From assembly GCF_964204645.1 (NCBI RefSeq), contig NC_134036.1:3720001-3784000 (forward strand): a stretch of 64,000 bases of DNA, in the 5' to 3' direction. The stretch comes from Tubulanus polymorphus (taxonomy: Eukaryota > Animalia > Nemertea). Made by a program: the position numbers and the translations under genes. Below, in pieces: positions 52,521 to 64,000 of this stretch. The notes beneath the pieces were generated by a model, which was not told where the DNA came from, did not search any database, and saw nothing but the letters and a program-made list of their open reading frames with translations. Positions within the stretch are counted from its first letter, which is position 1, and each line of letters opens with the position of its first letter.

Positions 52521-54944
52521 CCGGACCTCTTCTTGGATTCAAATAAGAACATCTTCATCTTGAGGCGCGATTCGCCCGATTTTGGATGTGCATAGTTTAA
52601 CAAATTTACGCGACGAACCATAATCGATAAAATGAACCGAGTTTGGATCGAGAATGTCCTATTGTTTGACGCGCCATCTAGCGGGATGTTCCCAGTTATA
52701 CCGGGGCCTCGTCGACGCATCGTTATTAGCAACCCCGGCGCCATCTAGTGGCCAAATATATAAATCCTTATTAAAAAGCGCACTAAAAGCCTAAAACGGA
52801 GACAAATGACAAAAACACAACACATATTGAACCGGTCAAGCGAGTAAGTAAGTAGTCAGAGACAGAAAAATAACAATGCAGGATAAAATTGACAAATACA
52901 ATAACTGGTTGGCATTTATACGGCGGTACCAGTCTACATACAACAGCGATACATATCAAAAATAACAAGCAGAAAACTACGCGGCTACTATAATATTAGC
53001 ACATCGCAAAAAGCGTTTAGCACATGATATTGCATTCTCGATTTTAAGAAATTTCTAGCACAATTTAGGCATTTCGTTTCTTTATGTCAACAATTTTAGC
53101 ACATCGACGTATATTGTAAAAGTACAAGCTTATAATAAAAGTAATAACGTGGTTTAAGGAAAGTCTTTATCAAAAAAGAAAAAAAAAATTGAGACAGTTG
53201 TAGTAATTTTTAACCGGTTGATAATAGTTTTCGTGTATCCGATGATTGAGGCGCGGGCAGTAGGTGATTTAAGAAGTTAAGCTTCAACCCGCTACTACTG
53301 CTGCCGCGAGCTCAGGTAAAATCGAATGACGACGTAGAGAAATTTGGCACATTGATAACACGGAGGATCGCTTGGACAAGCTAAGCTCGAAGCGAGCGGT
53401 TGGTTTCGATAAACCGAATCGTTATAGTTAACATCGATGCGGGTATTGATCCGCTGCCTGTACGTACCAAACCTGTCGGACCGATCAACACCGGACGACT
53501 CGTCCAGACGGGAGACCCGAGTCCTGTTTCAACGGAAAGATTTGCATAAGCGTTGGTAACTTCATGTTTCCAATGAGGGCAACAATTCAAATCCGTTTTA
53601 AGCTTTATCTTTTGCGTGAATTCTTAACCCTACGCATTAAGCCTTTTTCCTCGATATGATTTTCATACATTTTTCGAGGCTTTGCTGAATTTCCTGATGA
53701 AACTTTCTTGAGGATGGTAACAATCTGACAAGGGTAGACCAAACAGACAGCGGGTCGGATATTTAAAGCCGGTGTAGGCTATCGGAAATAGGGCCCGTTT
53801 CGAAAAACGAATTAAGAGTTTTATCAGCCTACACTGTGTGTTAAATGACTAATAAACCCGTAAGTCGTTCTCTGAAACGCGCCCCGATCACTAAACCTTG
53901 TCCTAGTAGCGCAGCTGAACAATATCATTCGAAGCCACGTTTCTAACAAAGCGGTGCGTAAAGCGGAAAATTAACGACGACATGTTTGCAGCGATAGGCG
54001 TACGTGACTGTAACTTCGACCACGAGATGGCGCACCGGTTACGTTTCAAAGTGGTACGACTAACACGCGAATAAGAAAAAGACGTTCGGCCTAGAGGTAT
54101 AACATATTTTCTCTCTTCGACCCGCGCTAACTCGTCGAGAGCCCGTTTAAAAATCAAACGTTAAAAAAGAGATGAGGAAAACACTCGCAAAACTAGGTCT
54201 AGGTCGTTTGTGACCTACGCGACTGACGTCGCAGAAGATCGGGTCGTCGCGCGGAGTGGGATAATTCGCCAAGGCGGACGGCGAGTCACCGGTACCCTGA
54301 TTTATGTATTTTACTCCGACCGCCTTGGCGAATTTGATAACCAATTTCGCCGACAGATGGCGCCTTTGCGGCGGTCTCGACGCCCGCGCATACTACTGAA
54401 TAGGTTTTGCATAAATTTGACTGTAAACGCGTGAAACAGAAGTCGCGGAGTCGTTGGCCGCACGCGTTGGAGCCGGAGTGAGACCGCCTCGATAGCCGTC
54501 TGATCGCCTAGACTTGGAATACACTCTCCACTCGCGACCGTCTCTTTAGCCGCTGGCGAATATAATTTTTTCTAATATTATTTCGGACAAACTACAAAAA
54601 AAAGTCGTTTCGTTCGACACAGTTTTTTGTTTACACATTTTTAGTATTCGATACAATATTTTTCAGATATTTTTTTTCTTCTTGACACGTTCATCGTATT
54701 ATAAAAATAAAGTACACAGTCATATTAATAATAATTATAGTAATAATAATTATGATAATAATAATAATTATAATAATTATGATAATAATTATACTTCAAT
54801 GAGACAGAGGTATATCAGCACAGCACCCCCTAGCGACGACCGTCCGAACGACGTCGCCGACAGACATTTTCAGGGCGGCGACGACACTGCCCCCTGGAGG
54901 TATTTATCAACATTACAAACAAGACGAATTACTTTAATGATGTT

Positions 54945-55069
<125 letters not shown>

Positions 55070-57849
55070 ATGTATATATACATACAAATTCTATGTACAC
55101 ACTTTCGTTTACGTCATCTACAATCATAATTAGATACGAACGATTTTCATCAATCAATAAGTTATCGATCGCTATTCAATCATCCAATCGCCGGCTCTAT
55201 AATATTCATCATATTAAATACAATACTCATAATTACTCGTAATAGTGGCGATAATCACGATACGTGGTAATTATCTATCCGTTCAAATATATATATATAT
55301 ATACATATGTATGTATATATGTTTATATATACATATATAAATAAAGCTAAAATTGCAACCTGACATGTATGTGTGTATGTATGTTTGTATTTTTGTATGT
55401 TAGGCGTACTGAGTGTCGGTAGACGCGGCTCAGGTCAGACCCGACCAAACTGCGACGAACTTGTTTTCGATAGAACGATGAAGATTCTTCGATGAAGATA
55501 CCGCGGCACGCGAGTACGTTCTACGAAAGTAGGACATCGAAGCTTGATTTATTCATGAAATTCAACGACAAGACTTCGACGGTGCCGCGTTATGACAGAG
55601 TTACTTAAGTTGCCCTGACTTTTGTTAGTTATCAAAAATTGTAAAAACACCCGTACAGTAGGTGATTTCATTTGCTGCAAGTGAAAAGTCCACTAGGTGT
55701 CGCTAGTGTGCAGTAGGACACCATCTACACACTGTGGCATTTCACTTATGGCAAGTGAAGATCCACCAGGTGTCGCTAGTGTGTTGTAGGACATAAACTA
55801 ACGCGGCATCGGAATATTCGAACCCCGAGTACGGTTTGGATAGATCTCTGACCCGAGCCGAGTCCGCGCAGTACGTCGTTCAAAAAAGTACCCGAATACG
55901 TAATTACCGGTATAAAAATGATCCAACCTAGACATCCGGACACACGTCTCGGCGTTTTTCAAGATGCCTCGTCCCTCAAAACGAAAACCCAATGAAAACC
56001 CGGGTCAATCGACCGCGTCGGGTAAGGGACCGATTTTGTAATTGTTAGAAATACCGCCCGAAGTAATCGGGCGGCCCGTGTGCAAATGAGGTCATCAGGT
56101 GAACCATTTTCAGAAACGGTTCGTGACAAACCCTTTTTCAGAGACTGTTCCTGACAATCAGCAAACAGTGTACTGTTTTAAGTGACTGTTCCTGACAATC
56201 AGGGGACAGTAAACCATTTTCAGAGACCGTTCCCGACAATCAAGGAGCAGAAGACAATTTCACAAGCTATAGCTCCCGACAATCAGGGACAGTAGACTAT
56301 TGAGCAACTGTTCCTCCCGACAGTCATGGAATAGTAGCGGACCATTTTTGCCAGATGCCAGACGTTAACGATCGAAGAGGGACGGTCGACAACTTAAAAA
56401 TACGCTCCGAGCTTATATACGGAGTCCAGGTCGAAAAAGCCAATATTACAACTAAAAGCAATAAAACCGAACTAACATCTCGATATTCATTCGGCACTGT
56501 TACCCATTTAGATTGATGATATTCTTCTACGTGTTTTTTCGTTTCATCGCTGAGATTCTTTATTATTCATTTTCTAATAACTGCTTTGAGGTAGCCATCC
56601 ATACGCGGCATAGAAAGAGGGCATCTATGATAAGACGCGACGCGAATTTCAACAACCAGTCGCGTGACCTCGACAACCCGTTCAGTTCTACAGTTGTGAG
56701 TCGACGTAAACCTATCACATCGAAAATGTGAGGACTCGATAACGAACACAGGTTTATAGGAGATAGGTGTCGCATTTTTCTTCTCTCCATAATTCGAATA
56801 AAAAGATATTCAATGCGCAGAGAATCCGGCGATAATAATGGGATTGATAACATAAAATTCTAAAACGTTTCCTCGAGCTGGTGATAGTTTATTCGACGTT
56901 TCGATCTTCAGGATTCAGCTCCGCAGTCGTGAGTTATATATGTAGAACTGACTCCGAGTTAAAATTAGTTCATTTTCGATGAGTGAACTCCGAGTCAAAT
57001 TTTAACTCACAACCGCGGAGCTGGTTCTCGGAATATTGTAAACGTATTCCCGAAGGTGACTATTAGAATATATAGTCGAAACGTTGAATGTTCTCGTTAT
57101 TATCGCGGGATTCTTAATACAGTTGTCGCCCGACGACGCGGATATTATAGCGTTTTATCGATGTTCTACGATATCTCATAATACTTTACTTTACTTCGAA
57201 ACACGTCCGACTTAAAACTGGATATGAAAGTTAAAATCATCGATTTGTCCTGATTGCGCGTAAGTCCTATTTTTAACCGAACTAAAAAAAAAAAATCCGA
57301 CTTTATTCGTCGAAGAATGGTTTTCGAATCGTACTCGAAACGGTAGAACTATTTATATATATATATATAATACGGATCTCGCGTTCTTTCTAATAACGAG
57401 CCTGAACCCTCATACAAACCCTCCGGCCTATAGCGATTCAATATTAGTCAATTTCGACTAATCCAATATCTGTACAAAAATGTCATGATTTTTTGTTCAA
57501 CGATTCGGTCGTGCTATGTACACGTTGCGCTACGCCAGCGCTGCTGCCCCCTAGTGACGAGGTTACGCGCGCGCGCGCGCGTGGTAGGGCTCGGCGGAGC
57601 CGTTAAAGATTTCAAGCAGATTTTTGGACGAAGGCAAACCGACTTTGTAGCCGAAATATTCGTACGCTGATGAAATAGATTTTTTGGTAAGTAATATCTT
57701 GGGGTTCGAAACGAATTCTATATTTTTTTACGTATTCTGAAAACGTATTCCTAAACTGAATATCGACTGGACCGCTGCGGTCACACATTTGCCGTTTCGG
57801 AGAGCAATGGACAGGGATGGCGCTAGGCCCTCAATGACCACGTATAAGA

Positions 57850-58045
57850 GAAAAAGAGAGAGTCGGGGAGCATACGGTAAGAGCGGAGCCCCTGACAAAC
57901 GACGCGATAGAGTCGAGGAGCATACCGTTAGTTCGTTGCCCCTGACAAACGACGCGATAAAGTCGAGGAGGATACGGTTAGTTCGGAGCCCCCTGACATA
58001 CATCGCGTGAGAAAGGGAGAGAGAGAGTCGTCGGGTGCATACCGC
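57850..58045. repeat. ~51-bp degenerate repeat, 3-4 copies
   Basis: GAGTCG(A/G)GGAGCATAC...CCCCTGACAAACGACGCGATA is repeated. Confidence 0.75.
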
Positions 58046-58563
58046 CCGTGAAAAAACCCTACTACTACTAACAGACTACAAACACGACCGAGTACTGGTT
58101 TTATGTACAAATACGTCGATTAAATATATATACTATTTAATTCTTTTTTTATATACATATTTAGCTGCTTGAAAATAACAGGCTGTCGTCGCTTAGGAAC
58201 CTGACGAGTGAGGCGCGCCCGGGTACGAATTTGGCCGTTTAGCCAACTCGGGATAGCGGTTTACCAGTCTCAGAAGATGAACCTCATCGACGTCACCATG
58301 AAATCATCCAATTGGCTTTCAGCGATTATATATAATCATTTAGATAGACTAGGCGGTATTACGACCAAACTCGTTGATGTCGTAGTAATTTTTTTGCGAT
58401 CGTTATTGTGGCGACTTCGGATCCGAATTAGACCATACATTTTTCGTAAATTGAAAATTGCTACCACTACATGCTGAAGGCAGGGTTGGATCGGCGCACT
58501 CGCCCCTAAACTGTCGAGTTGTCCTGAAATTTTACCGATGAATTGTGAATATTAAACCAATAC

Positions 58564-58677
58564 CAGGGTCCAGTTCCACAGTTCTGAGTTAAGATTTGAC
58601 CCTGGGTTAAAACATTGAAAATGAACTAACTTCAACTCAGAGTTAACTCTAACTCACAACTGTGGAACTGGATCCAG
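58564..58677. mobile_element. MITE of the same family as 36142-36255, opposite orientation
   Basis: Terminal inverted repeats GGGTCCAGTTCCACAGTT / AACTGTGGAACTGGATCC and an internal ATTGAAAATGAACTAAC. Confidence 0.8.
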
Positions 58678-61600
58678 AAGTCTAAATTCATAAGCCTGTT
58701 CTATGTATTTGAAAACATGAGTTCATGATCCCGATGATTTACTCTCAGAGCGCCCTTGTAATTGTATATTTTGGGGGCGCACCGCTCCCTGAATCAGACT
58801 CTAGATCCGCCCAGAACGCTGTCTCGTCAATCTAACTGATGAATCGTACTTATCGTTTATAGAAATACAAATTGGGAATTGAATCAAAAAAAAACGAGGA
58901 AAGCGAGTTAGAAGCGACTCGCCCGACTACTATCCGAGCTCGAACCGTTAAAGTAACTAATTCGATGATTTGATGGCCACTCCCGGGGCGCCACGGCGCG
59001 CGCCTCACCGTCGTCACGCCCGACGGCGTCGATAGCCGAAAAATACGTAAAAACCTCGTTTATTTTTCACACGAGCACATATTTCAAAAACACTGGCGAC
59101 GTCCCAGTTCGAACCCGCGCGATCCCTGCATAATGACATAACGACATAGACTGAGTATATATAGTACTTGAATAAAACGAACGTTTACTGGTGCCCGGTT
59201 TAAAATTCGAAACTTCACAAAACAAACGAACATCTCTATAATTCAAAAGAAGGCGAACGTTTCGCCGGTACGATGCCCGTCGAATTCAGAAATTCTTCCA
59301 AATATCAACTAACGTTGAACCCATAATAAACGAACATAATAATATCTAATCGCGAATTGAAATCCGAATTCTATGGTGGCCGATTCCATCCTCTCACACG
59401 GCAGGGATTCGAACCCGATGACGTCGCTAGACTCGGCCACGGCACGAAACCCTGCCGCAATAGACCGGATGCGCAGGTACATGCGCAGCTTACATGATGT
59501 CTTCTAAATTTCAAATTTTTTTAACTTTGATTTTTTATTGAATGAACTCTCGATTTTCAAACTTAACAATACACCATAATGGGCTTTTATCTTTTTACAT
59601 GATGTCATTATCAGCCGATCAGATATCCCGTCTATTTTTAGCCCAGATTTTTCCATTTTTAGCAACGCCGTGAAGCGGCGATATTCGAGTGTCGTACTTG
59701 TTCTTAAACATGACCCGAATCTCGGCCACCATGAAATTCCGACACAACTTATTCCAACTAAACACTTATACTCGATATATTAAGCGGATTCTAGAAGCGC
59801 GTTACGACGACGCCGGTGAAAATGATGAGGAACCTGAGACTGTGGCTATACGACTCGGCGCCGATTCGAATAACGATATACATTGTACACACGTTTTTCT
59901 TATTCTTAACCGACAGAACTTCGCACGTCAAAAACATCGTGCAAAAAACCTCTATAACGACGAAAACTATAATGCCCTAAATACGCGTCCGAACCGTATG
60001 ATATCAGTACTCCACACGATCCGCTAACACAGTTCGCCAGCCAGATTCGACTTAATTGAGATTGAGTTAAAACATCGAAATGAACTGATTTTATCCCCGA
60101 GTTAACCCTCTAGCTCGCAACTGCGGAACCGCGGCCCAGACTTAAAACAACGCGTCCGCGTCGGTTCTATAAACAGCGGAACCTCGTTACAAACGAACTT
60201 CGTGACCGATAGTGTTGCTTGTCGTATCCAAAATGAAATTATCGAATCGCCCGATTTCGGATATAGTACGAGGTTCGCCGCGCAGTAAACCACGCCAACT
60301 GGGACACGCTGGGAACGGTAAAGTTAGTCCGTGGAAAGCGAAGTACCGTTTAAGGGTTGAAAAATCTGTTGGGAAATCAGAAAATTTTTATCGTGTAAAT
60401 CGGAAATTCGAGTTGGCCAGATGTCTGATTAAGGCAAGGTTTACTGCATATGATAAATGGCCGGATGAAAGTTGTAATATCTATCCGATGAATTGTTACG
60501 GGCGAGTTCGTTTACGACGAGGTTTCGCCGTTTTCTGATAAACTTCAGATTTCGACCTCTATGAGACACGGCCGCGCCCTGGTGGTTGTATACGGAATAA
60601 TAAGGGGGGGGGGGTGTTCGACTGAGTCAACATCGCGCGGACGATACCTGCAGTGTTCGATACTAATAGGCAGCAGTTTGAAGAAGATGATCAACTAATT
60701 AACAAAGAACAAAAACCCGTCTAAAGAGAGTCTGCTGCCCTTGAGTGATCGGTTACATATTCATACCTATGCTGCAGCCGCGCGCGGCCTGCGTATGAAT
60801 TGCTATATAGGGTGAGGCCCGTTTAAGCTACCCGAAAAAGCAACTGTGGCAACCAATGATCCGCCAGGTGCGCTTCAGTTAGTTCAGTAGCATGCGAGCA
60901 TTCATAACTAAAGCATTCACTAGTAATATATATATAGATATATATATTAATCGATAATTGTAATTGAATTAAATGCAGAAAACACAGTAATTAATAATTA
61001 TAATCATTATAATGATATTATCATTTAATTTATATTTAAAGGACAGAAGTAAATGAAATATAACACTCGTTTTTTTATTTTTAAATTGAATATAGGGGGC
61101 GTGCGTCGCCGCCCCGGGACCGATACAAATTACGAACCCGTAACAGTGAAACATAAAAACACGGGCCTGGCATATTTTCTAACCCGCTACGAATCGATTG
61201 TAGTTATCTTCGTTCGGATTGGTCGGAATATACCGTACGACCAATCACGGCGAGTGGCTTAAAAACGCACGGGATTCCCCGAAATGACGTCATAATCTAG
61301 ATAACCCGTATCGATAATGAAATATATTATGGAGCGATGCCGAAATAAGATTCTTGAAGAATATTCTAACGAACTCCAAATTCAAAATCAACTCAATATG
61401 AGGTACCAGCAACGCTACTCTGGCAAGCGAGGGTCCGCCAGGTGCGCTAGCGCGCAATAGGACCTCGATGACGGATTTCAGTTAGAATCTATTAACCAAA
61501 TTAATCGGACGAGGAAAGCTTTAACTGTTGATTGAAAATCAACTAAATTTCGATACATCGAGTTCGTCCTACTGCAAGCACGCCCTCTGGCGGCAATACC

Positions 61601-64000
61601 GGGTCCTCATTTGCCTACGTTAAAATCGCCGTTCTAATCATACAGATCGCAAATACCCTTTTTATACGCGCCCGCCCTTCCCTGCGCCTGATAATATAAC
61701 AAATACATAAAAATTAAAAAATTCTTTTACTACAATTAGTAAAAATAATAATAATAATGATAATAATTAGTTAATTATAATGATAATTATTAGCGCTTAA
61801 AAATAATAATTAAGTTCATGAAACCTGAATATTTTTCGTATTTCGATCATCGTCATCATTATCATCATTTCTATTTTTTTTTTTTTAAGTGAACGAATAT
61901 TTCCCTGAGAGCGACGGTGACGCGCCACGCCACATACCGATAGGTGGCGCCACATGCGGCGTCTAGCACCGTCTTACCATTATACAGAATATATATAGAG
62001 GTAGAACATAGATACACAAGATTCCAGATTTTATGGGTTTTTTTTCTAAATTTTGTTTCAAGTATATTCCCGACGAGCGCCGGAAGTTGGCGGCGCTTTG
62101 AACTTCCGACCTCGATGAAGAATTGATGACCTCGACCCGGTAGCCGACGGGGTGAAGGTCGTACGTGTGCGCGCGGTGATGAACGAATATAGGTATATAC
62201 GTGTATATATATATATATATAAGATGTGCGGAAGTAATTTGTCTATATCTATCTACGAAGAAGGTCGATCTGATCAGCTCTTACTCGAAATTCGCATTTA
62301 TAATCAACGGGGCCTAAGAGATCTTTTTGCTCGTCTTTTTAGACGACTCGCTAGAAACGCCGTTAAAATACCGAGTTATGAGTCTTGTAATGCGGTTATC
62401 AATCTGGAGCCTCTTTATCCCTTTGAATATTCGTAACTTCAACAGCGACTGTTCTCGCTAACGAATCGAACGCCCAAGGGACTTCACCTGAGATGCTATC
62501 GATGAAAAATGAACTTCAGACGCAAGATATTAGACGTTTTATCAAAAACTGATCGTCCCACCTCTGACATTTCTAATTGAAAATGATCTATAAACATCGG
62601 ACATTTAATCAGAAAGTGATCGTTAGGACTTCCAACACTGAAATAATGGCGATTATCGTAGGGGGTGCTTCAAGGTTGCAACTTGATACCCGCATAATAG
62701 TCTCCTAACCAAAGCTCGATTTTTTTTGGGCGAAATGAAATCCGACTGAACGAAAAAAAGCTTCGTTTTCCCTTCTGAATCAAAGTCCAATTTTTCGACG
62801 AAAAAATAGACAACTCTCAACAGTCTAACACCAACAACTCGCTATAAGTCTCGAGACCCGAGGCCCGATTTCGCGACAGCCGAATTTTCGAAGAAGAAAA
62901 AGAGGTCCATTCGATACCGATGGTTACTTCATGTTTTCAATGAGCCCGCCGTTTCGAATTAAACCGTCGTTTCAGACTCTCGAAAAAGGTGGTCTTTGGT
63001 CCTGATAGACGCTAAACGGGGCCTCGAGACCTCATACGGGCTGTACGCGCGGCGTACGCGTTAGTATTAATTCGTTCTAAAAACGAGCGGACCCGACTTT
63101 TGATTCAATGAACTAATTCGTAAAACCCGAACTTTTCTTACTCAATTTTCATTTTTCATCATTTTTTTTCAGATAATCCGAACGAGTTTCGTAAAAACCT
63201 ACGTCGTATAGCGAATTTTTCAGAAAATTCGGAGATTCCTGATTCTCTAAATACAATAAATAATATTCGAAGCGTCGGTTCTTTTCTCCTTATTTCGTGT
63301 TTCCGTTTCAGAGAACAAAAAACCGATCTCTCTTCAGAATGTCGGACAAAAATTCTACCGTATTTACTTTTTTTTTCAGTGAGATTAACTTTTATATATA
63401 TAGACTCGGCTTTACGCTACGATGGTGTCTCCAAAATTAGTAACGGACCCGGTTCAATTCGACTCGCAGTTAACTGGTCGAAAATGAACTTATTCAACTC
63501 AAGGTTTGACTCACAACTGTCGAACGGGCCGGACAGTTGCATAGTTGTGAGTTAGAACTGAACTCTGAGTTAGTTATTTCCTGATGAGTTAACCGCGAGT
63601 CAAAACCTAGAGCAGAAGACCGCGGAACCGGGTCCAGAGTATTACACGATCTCCGTCGACGATCCACTCGTCTAAAACACAATTGAAACGAATTCATTTA
63701 CTGAAAAAGTGCCCGTGATAATCTGAAAGTGACGTCATGCGGGGATTTCGTGGAGGGAACCATCGCAAAACGGAGAGGGTAGGAAAGCGGAATCCGACCG
63801 ATTCGGATTCCGTACGAGGCCTACCGTCCCAGTTAACACGGGCCGCAATTATATATCTATAAAATCATCATCATCATCATTTTACGTCAACAACGTTTTG
63901 AGTATTATTCGATTTTAACGAGAATTCAACAAGAATTTTCCAAACTTCATTTCGTGTATACCTAACGTTTCCGCCGTCCTCGTCCGCGTCCGAATCCGTC

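Overview
AT-rich, intron-containing animal DNA, most plausibly from a spiralian invertebrate (inference). Contents: (1) 1-5.4 kb: the last five coding exons of a CTIF/MIF4GD-like MIF4G gene. One splice acceptor plus exon start is tandemly copied five times inside an (ATT)n microsatellite. (2) 8.1-27.6 kb: three tandem minus-strand 3-exon GRL101-like (LGR type C) GPCR genes with CUB-like, C-type lectin, LDLa, LRR and 7TM domains. They carry hypervariable extracellular patches, and the third copy has an in-frame 1326-bp deletion removing the LRRs and TM1. (3) 29.7-50.2 kb: the main finding, which the ORF track does not assemble. Four paralogous 4-exon genes (two on -, two on +, facing away from each other) encode 77-78 aa prepropeptides that release a 33-aa, six-cysteine ShK-toxin-like peptide after a KR site. 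Three keep an S-x-K-H-[RK] motif exactly where ShK has S-M-K-Y-R. The rest is satellites, MITE-like hairpins, tRNA-derived SINE-like heads and non-coding DNA. I found no supportable gene after about 51 kb. All gene models were assembled by eye from splice signals; no database search was run.
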